From contig CAVPSB010000015.1 of the NCBI GenBank assembly GCA_963708025.1, positions 96,001 through 160,000 on the forward strand: a stretch of 64,000 nt of DNA, read 5' to 3'. The notes beneath the pieces were generated by a model. It saw nothing but the letters and a program-made list of their open reading frames with translations. It made no database searches and was not told where the DNA came from. The DNA comes from an uncultured Candidatus Rokubacteria bacterium (GTDB taxonomy: Bacteria; Methylomirabilota; Methylomirabilia; Rokubacteriales; DASRDR01). Of this stretch, positions 58,138 to 64,000 are shown in pieces. Positions within the stretch are counted from its first letter, which is position 1, and each line of letters opens with the position of its first letter. Made by a program: the position numbers and the translations under genes.

Positions 58138-58878
58138 ATGACGACTACCGGACCGACGCTGCTCCCGACGGTGTTCCACATCACCCACTGGAAGGCCGGG
58201 TCGCAGTGGGTTCACCGGATCCTCCACGGCCTGGTGTACGACCGGCTGGTGGTGCCCCGGCAGGACCAGGGTCAGTTCCTGGCCGATCCGATCCAGCCCG
58301 GCCGCGTCTACCCCACGCTCTACGTCACCCGAGAGCAGTTAGAGTCGGTGCTGGTGCCAGCCGATCACCGGCGCTTCGTCATCATCCGGGACCTGCGCGA
58401 CACGCTGGTGTCGCTGTACTTCAGCATCAAGATCAGCCATCCCGTCCCCGACGGGGGGTTCGGCCGGGACCGCGCCGTCCTGGGCGAGTTGCCCCAGGAA
58501 GCCGGCCTGCTCCACGTCCTGCGGACCGGCCTGCCCCAGAGCGCCGCCATCCAGGCGTCGTGGGTCAAGTCGGGCGAGCCGTTGCTCCGGTACGAGGCCC
58601 TGCTCGGCAACGACCTGGGGCTGCTCGCCGACGTGCTCCTGCGCGAGTGCCAGCTGGAAGTGCCCCTCGACCGATTCATCGAGGTCGTGCTGGCCAATCG
58701 CTTCGAGCGGATCACCGGGGGGCGGCCCCGTGGTGAGGAGGACGTCACGGCTCACGAGCGCAAGGGTGTTCAGGGAGACTGGCGCCGCTACTTCACCGAG
58801 CCGGTAAGGCGGGCGTTCAAGGACGAGTTCGGCGACCTCCTGGTGGCGACGGGGTACGAAGCCGACCTCGACTGGTGA
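58138..58878 (+). CDS. PAPS-dependent sulfotransferase
   Basis: THWKAGSQW (5'-PSB), RDLRDTLVS (3'-PB), RKGVQGDWRRYF. Confidence 0.88.
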   Translation: MTTTGPTLLPTVFHITHWKAGSQWVHRILHGLVYDRLVVPRQDQGQFLADPIQPGRVYPTLYVTREQLESVLVPADHRRFVIIRDLRDTLVSLYFSIKISHPVPDGGFGRDRAVLGELPQEAGLLHVLRTGLPQSAAIQASWVKSGEPLLRYEALLGNDLGLLADVLLRECQLEVPLDRFIEVVLANRFERITGGRPRGEEDVTAHERKGVQGDWRRYFTEPVRRAFKDEFGDLLVATGYEADLDW

Positions 58879-58914
58879 ACCGCCGGAGAGCGGCGGTCGG
58901 GAGAGAGCGGGATC

Positions 58915-59787
58915 GTGAGACGGGTCACGGTGCTGGGGGCCACCGGCTTCATCGGCGCCCACCTCGGCGCCGAGCTGCGGCGACGCGGCTACCTGGTGTG
59001 GACCCCGCCGCGCGATGCCGATCTGACGGCTGGCCCGCTGGGGACGGTCTTCTACTGTATCGGTCTGCCCGGCGGCGACGCCCCTGTCCGGCCCTTCGAG
59101 ACGGTGGCCGCCCACGTCTGCAAGCTGGCCGACGTGCTGCGTCGCGGCCAGTTCGATTCCCTCCTCTACCTCTCCTCGACCCGGCTCTACCTGGGGGCGC
59201 CGACGGGCGACGAGGAAGAGACGATCCGCGCCAACCCGCTACAGCCGACGGATCTCTACAACCTCTCCAAGGCCATGGGCGAGTCCCTGGCCCTCCAGTC
59301 GGGCCGGCCGGTGCGCGTCGTTCGCCTCGCGAACGTGTACGGACCGCACTGGAAGTCCGAGAACTTCCTGCCCAGCGTCATCCGGGCCGCCTGGCGCGAT
59401 GGGGTCGTGACGCTGCGGACCGCCTTGACGTCCGCCAAGGACTACGTCCACATCGAGGATGTGGTGAGCCTCCTGATCCGGATCGGGCTGGACGGCTCGC
59501 GGCCAGTCTACAACCTGGCCAGCGGCCGGAACGTGACCCATGCCGAGATCGCCGAGCGGTTGCAGGCGCTGACCGGATGCGCCGTCCAGGCCGAACCGGG
59601 GCTGCCGGTGGTCGTGTTCCCGCCGATCGGCACGGCCCGGCTGCGAGCCGAATTCCCCTTCGTCCCGCGGAGTGTGCTCAGCGACCTGCCGTGGCTCGTG
59701 GAGCTCTACCGCCACGAGCCGGAGCAGCCGGACCGGGGCCCCGGGGCGCGGGACCGGCACGGGGCCGTGCCCAGCGGGCCAGGCTGA
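58915..59787 (+). CDS. NAD-dependent epimerase/dehydratase (extended SDR)
   Basis: GATGFIG, YLSS, YNLSK, RLANVYG, YNLASG. Confidence 0.88.
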   Translation: MRRVTVLGATGFIGAHLGAELRRRGYLVWTPPRDADLTAGPLGTVFYCIGLPGGDAPVRPFETVAAHVCKLADVLRRGQFDSLLYLSSTRLYLGAPTGDEEETIRANPLQPTDLYNLSKAMGESLALQSGRPVRVVRLANVYGPHWKSENFLPSVIRAAWRDGVVTLRTALTSAKDYVHIEDVVSLLIRIGLDGSRPVYNLASGRNVTHAEIAERLQALTGCAVQAEPGLPVVVFPPIGTARLRAEFPFVPRSVLSDLPWLVELYRHEPEQPDRGPGARDRHGAVPSGPG

Positions 59788-59799
59788 GGAGATCGTCGC

Positions 59800-60777
59800 G
59801 TGGCGGGAGCCTCCAGCGGGCGGCGATGGCGCGGGCTGGTGCCCGGGTGGGCCCGCCGCGTCACGGGCCGGCCCGGGCCCCGCGGGATCGAGCAGCGACC
59901 CGGAGCGGCGGCGGAGCTCGACGCGAGCGAGCGGGCGCGCGCGGAGCTGGCGGGGGAAGTGGCGCGGCTCACGGGCGCCCTGAGGGACAGCCACCGGGAC
60001 CGCGAGGCCCTGGCGGCCCACGCGCGCCGGCTCGACGCGGCCCTGCAGGGGCTCGATCGTTTCGTGCGATCCGCCGATTACCACGCCGACCACCTCACGG
60101 TGTGGGGCCGGAACCTGGCGTTCCTGGAGGAGGCGGCGTTCGTCCGGGCCTACGGGCGGGGCATGTCCTCCGGCCACAAGATGGCGCGGCCCAAGGGCAG
60201 CGACGAAGACATCCACGTCGAGTGGCGTGTCCACATCCTGTGCTGGGCCGCCTGGCATGCCCGGCACCTGCCCGGCTGCTTCGTCGAGTGTGGCGTCAAC
60301 ACCGGCCTCTACGCGCTCGCCGTCTGCGACTTCATCGACTTCAACGCCACCGGCAAGGAATTCTACCTGTTCGACACCTTCAACGGCATCCCGGAGGCGC
60401 AGATCGCCGACGACGAGCGCGAGCACGCGACGCTCTACAATGCGCAGTACTACGAGGAGTGTTACGAGCTGGCCCGGCGGAACTTCGCTCCGTACCCGCG
60501 CGCACGGCTGGTGCGGGGTATCGTCCCCGGGTCCTTCGCCGGGGTGAGCATCGACCGGGTGTGCTATCTGTCCATCGACATGAACATCGCCGAGCCGGAG
60601 GTGGCTGCGCTGGCGTTCTTCTGGGACCGCTTGACACCCGGGGCGCCCGTCATTCTCGACGACTACGGCTGGATCACCGCCGCCCGCCAGCAGCGGGAGC
60701 TGAATCGGTTCGCCGAATCGCGGGGTGTCCGGATCGCCACCTTGCCAACCGGTCAGGGGCTGCTGCTCAAGCCGTGA
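59800..60777 (+). CDS. TylF/MycF-family O-methyltransferase with an N-terminal coiled coil
   Basis: GCFVECGV, LFDTFNG, LSIDMN, PGAPVILDDYG, LPTGQG. Confidence 0.87.
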   Translation: MAGASSGRRWRGLVPGWARRVTGRPGPRGIEQRPGAAAELDASERARAELAGEVARLTGALRDSHRDREALAAHARRLDAALQGLDRFVRSADYHADHLTVWGRNLAFLEEAAFVRAYGRGMSSGHKMARPKGSDEDIHVEWRVHILCWAAWHARHLPGCFVECGVNTGLYALAVCDFIDFNATGKEFYLFDTFNGIPEAQIADDEREHATLYNAQYYEECYELARRNFAPYPRARLVRGIVPGSFAGVSIDRVCYLSIDMNIAEPEVAALAFFWDRLTPGAPVILDDYGWITAARQQRELNRFAESRGVRIATLPTGQGLLLKP

Positions 60778-60820
60778 GGCTGCGAGTGACGCAATCGGAT
60801 CCCACCCACGGGGGCAGGCC

Positions 60821-63055
60821 ATGACGTCGCCCCGGTTCAGTGTCGTCATCCCCACCCGCGAGCGAGCCGGCACCCTGGTATCCACCTTGCGGAGCTGCCT
60901 GGATCAGGACTTCGACGACTACGAGGTCGTGGTGTGCGACAACGACGGCTCGCCGGCCACGCGGGAGGCCGTCGATGGGTTCGCCTCACCACGGATCAAG
61001 TACGTGCGCGCGCCACACCTGCTGGCGATGGGCGACAACTGGGAGCTGGGCCTGGCGCACGCCGAGGGCGAGTACGTGACCGTGCTCGGCGACGACGACG
61101 GCCTGATGCCCTATGCCCTGGTGGAGCTGGACCGGCTGATCCGTGGGGCGGGCGAGCCCCCGGCCGTCCGGTGGAGCGCTGCCTTCTACACCTGGCCCGA
61201 CCTGGCCATCCGGGGCGAGGAAAACTACCTGCGCGTGCCACTGGGTCGCCGGGTCCACACCGTGGACGCCCGGGCCGCGATGGCCTCCGTCCTCCGCTTC
61301 CAGGACTGCTACACCACGCTCCCCACGATCTACAACGCGATGATCCGTCACACCCTCCTGGCGGAGTGGCGGCAGCGCGGCGGGCGCCTGTTCCGGGCCT
61401 ACTGCCCGGACGTCTACTCGGGCTTCGCCCTGGCCCACTTGGCCGGGCAGTACGTCTCGACCGATGCGCCGATGACGGTGGCCGGACTGTCGGGGCGGAG
61501 CTTCGGCGTGGCCATGTTCTTCTTCCGGGGCCGCTCGCCCCTCGACCACGAGGTGCGACGGCTGAACGAGGCTCGTTACCCCATCCATCCCACGGTGCCG
61601 GACCTCCCGGTCTTCCCGACCGTCCCGGTGGCCGACGCGTTCCAGTGGGCCAAGGACACGCTGTTCCCCCGGGACGACACCCTGACGCTGGATCGTCAAC
61701 TGGTCGCGTCGCTGTGCGTCGAGAACCTCCGCACCGAATCCGAGGCGGACTGGCGCCAGGGGATGGCCGTCATCCGCGGCTCGCTCGCCGACGTCCCCGC
61801 CCTGGCCGAGTGGTTCGACACGGTGCACGGCCCGCGCCCCTTCCGCCCCGTCGGCCCGCTACCCCTGCGCAGCCCGCGGCTGGGGTTCGACGGCGATCAC
61901 CTGCACCTGGACGCCGCGGTGTTCGGGGTGGCCAGCGTCCACGACGCCGTCCGGCTGTGCGAGAAGGTGCTGAACTACCGGCGCGACGGCCTGGAGCCGG
62001 GCGGTCACGCCGCGCCGTCGGCTGGAGGCGGCCGGCTCGACGCGGGGTCCCCCGGCATTCCGAGCCCGGCGCCGCCGGGGGCCGTCCCGCCGGTGGTGGC
62101 GTCCCTGCGGCGGCTGGGTCACGGGCTCTACGCCTGGCTGGCCGCCGAGCTGGATTGTCGCCGGATGATCGACGTCGGGGCCCACCACGGGACGGTGCTC
62201 GGTCACTTCGTCCGGGCGGGCTGGGACGTGATCGGCTTCGAGCCGATCGAGTCGAACCGGCTCGCGCTGCTCGAGAACAGCGCCGGCCCGGGCCGGCTGG
62301 TCGTCCGGCCGGAGGCGGTCAGCGACTCGACGCGCCTCCGCGAGCTCCACCTGGCCGTGACCAAGGACGGGCGGCTCCACGAGTACTATCACAGCCTGGA
62401 GAACTACCGCGAGGACGTCTGGCATCGCAAGGGGCCGACGGTGAGCGTGGCGGCGGTGAGCCTGGACGACCTCGCCGCCGCCGGCGAGGTGCCGGTCGAG
62501 CTGGGGTTCCTCAAGGTCAACACGGAAGGCCACGACCTCGCCGTGCTGCGGGGATGCGGCCGGTTGCGCTGCCAGGTGATCTGCGTCGAGTTCTGGAGGG
62601 ACGCCCACGCCCTCGGGCCGAGCCCGTCTCCCGCCGAGGAGATGATCGCCCTGTTGCGCAGCCGTGGCTACGCCGATTACGTCGTCCTGGCGCACGACGC
62701 CGACCAGACGCAGGTCCTCTACTCGACGATGAGGGGCACCCACCCCGGAGCCTGGGGCGACATCTTCTTCTTCCACGAGACGGCGGCCGGCGCCTACCAG
62801 CGGCTCCGGGCGGACGTCCTGTGGCAGACGGCGGTGGAAGCCTACGAGGGCTGGGGCCTCTCCCGCGGCGAGCTCGTGGAGAAGGAGGCCGTGATCCAGT
62901 CGTTCCATGGCCAGCTGGTCGAGAAGGAGGCCGTCATCCAGTCTCTCCACCGGAAGCTGGTCGAGAAGCGGTCCGCCACCCTGCGGCAGATCCTGGCGCA
63001 AGCCATCCGCCGGCGGTGGCGGCGCTGGGGGTCGGGACCGGCTCGCGGCCGGTGA
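60821..63055 (+). CDS. GT2 glycosyltransferase-FkbM methyltransferase fusion with a C-terminal coiled coil
   Basis: FSVVIPT, VVCDN, GEYVTVLGDDD; IDVGAHHG, FEP, LKVNTEGHD; ELVEKEAVIQS repeats. Confidence 0.88.
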   Translation: MTSPRFSVVIPTRERAGTLVSTLRSCLDQDFDDYEVVVCDNDGSPATREAVDGFASPRIKYVRAPHLLAMGDNWELGLAHAEGEYVTVLGDDDGLMPYALVELDRLIRGAGEPPAVRWSAAFYTWPDLAIRGEENYLRVPLGRRVHTVDARAAMASVLRFQDCYTTLPTIYNAMIRHTLLAEWRQRGGRLFRAYCPDVYSGFALAHLAGQYVSTDAPMTVAGLSGRSFGVAMFFFRGRSPLDHEVRRLNEARYPIHPTVPDLPVFPTVPVADAFQWAKDTLFPRDDTLTLDRQLVASLCVENLRTESEADWRQGMAVIRGSLADVPALAEWFDTVHGPRPFRPVGPLPLRSPRLGFDGDHLHLDAAVFGVASVHDAVRLCEKVLNYRRDGLEPGGHAAPSAGGGRLDAGSPGIPSPAPPGAVPPVVASLRRLGHGLYAWLAAELDCRRMIDVGAHHGTVLGHFVRAGWDVIGFEPIESNRLALLENSAGPGRLVVRPEAVSDSTRLRELHLAVTKDGRLHEYYHSLENYREDVWHRKGPTVSVAAVSLDDLAAAGEVPVELGFLKVNTEGHDLAVLRGCGRLRCQVICVEFWRDAHALGPSPSPAEEMIALLRSRGYADYVVLAHDADQTQVLYSTMRGTHPGAWGDIFFFHETAAGAYQRLRADVLWQTAVEAYEGWGLSRGELVEKEAVIQSFHGQLVEKEAVIQSLHRKLVEKRSATLRQILAQAIRRRWRRWGSGPARGR
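62870..62968 (+). repeat. 42-bp in-frame tandem repeat (~2.3 copies) encoding 14-aa double heptads
   Basis: ELVEKEAVIQSFHG / QLVEKEAVIQSLHR / KLVEK. Confidence 0.85.
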
Positions 63056-63717
63056 GGCGCCGTGGCGGGCCCCCGACCCCGGCTCCCACCCGCTCCGTGG
63101 CGATGCCCGCGCCGCCCTGGCCGGCGGTGAGGGCGGACCCCCTCAGCGGCCGCCGGGCTGACCACCTTCGGCCAGTCGGGGGTGCCCGCCGCGCCGCTCG
63201 CCCCGGCCGGACCGGGAGGCGGCGGCGCCGCGGCGGACCCGGGGGTGGGCGTCTGGGCGAGGGCGTGGGTCCCCCAGGCGAGGCCGAGGAGCGCCGACAG
63301 GGCTGCCCGCCGGTCGATGGGCGTTCCGGCGCCCCGCCCGGGGACCGCCGTGAGCCTCGCAAGGGCCTTCCAGGGGTTCGAGTCGCTCGAGGTCCTGCCA
63401 TGGGTTGCTCCTTCATCCGGCCCGTGCCCTCAGGCCGGTGGCGCGACGTACTCAACGCCTGGGGCCCCCGTGGCGTTGAGTGTGATCGTCGAGGAAGGGG
63501 GACCGTTCCATGGGACTTTGGTCGTATGCTGGCGATCAGGAACCTCCGGGCGTACGACCAAGGTCCGATAGACGGCCGCCTCCGCGGCGACTATGGTATC
63601 TTCGGGCCTCGGCGAGGTGGCGGTCGGGACCAGGGCGCCTCCTGACGAGGACCGGGACGTGCGGTCGACGCGGAACGACGTGGTTCACCCCTGTGGGAGA
63701 GACGTGGACTAGCGACC

Positions 63718-64000
63718 ATGAAGGACGTGTGGCTGGATCAGGTGCTCCACCGGCGCCTCTCGCGACCGCTGAGCGCGGGGGCCGTGCGGATCGGGATCTC
63801 GCCCAATGCCGTGACCATCGCCAGCCTGCTCGTCGGGCTCGGCGCCGCCTGGAGCGTGGCCCGCGGGTCGGTGGGGGGCGCGTGGCTCGGGCTGGCCCTG
63901 TATCTCGCGGCCGTGGTGCTGGACCACGCGGATGGCGAGGTCGCCCGCGCCACCGGCACGGCATCGCAGCTGGGCCACTGGCTCGACATCGGGACGGACG
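63718..64000 (+). CDS. CDP-alcohol phosphatidyltransferase family protein; runs off the right edge of the window
   Basis: Hand translation MKDVWLD...ISPNAVT...LDHADGEVAR...GHWLDIGTD matches DxxDGxxAR...GxxLDxxxD. Confidence 0.88.
   Translation, partial: MKDVWLDQVLHRRLSRPLSAGAVRIGISPNAVTIASLLVGLGAAWSVARGSVGGAWLGLALYLAAVVLDHADGEVARATGTASQLGHWLDIGTD

Noticed and set aside
1-64000. tRNA, rRNA, integrase or prophage genes
   Set aside because: None recognised by eye; a tRNAscan-SE/Infernal run would be needed to exclude small RNAs

Overview
High-GC bacterial chromosomal segment. The gene content (many peptide-type and NitT/TauT ABC importers, luciferase-like monooxygenases, amidohydrolases, and '[22 protein letters not shown]'-type substrate-binding proteins) is suggestive of Candidatus Rokubacteria/Methylomirabilota, but this is inference only. 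About 55 genes or gene remnants can be supported; most long ORFs in the six-frame track are GC-rich shadow frames. From left to right: rfbH (partial); a TPP-enzyme/NitT-type ABC operon split by a ~5.5 kb cassette of four predicted secreted proteins, including a trinuclear-Zn phospholipase C/P1-fold enzyme with its own promoter; a Rho homolog lacking the N-terminal RNA-binding domain; three Dpp-type importer operons with no ATPase gene; a catabolic cluster (LLM oxygenases, amidohydrolases, CoA ligase, LigW-like decarboxylase); UDP-6-deoxy-L-HexNAc sugar genes; and a single-module C-A-T-C NRPS followed by sulfotransferase, epimerase, TylF and GT2-FkbM genes. Six copies of a polarised G/C palindromic intergenic element each sit directly 5' of a gene. 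Several single-base frameshifts look like assembly indel errors. No rRNA, tRNA, CRISPR array or transposase was recognised.
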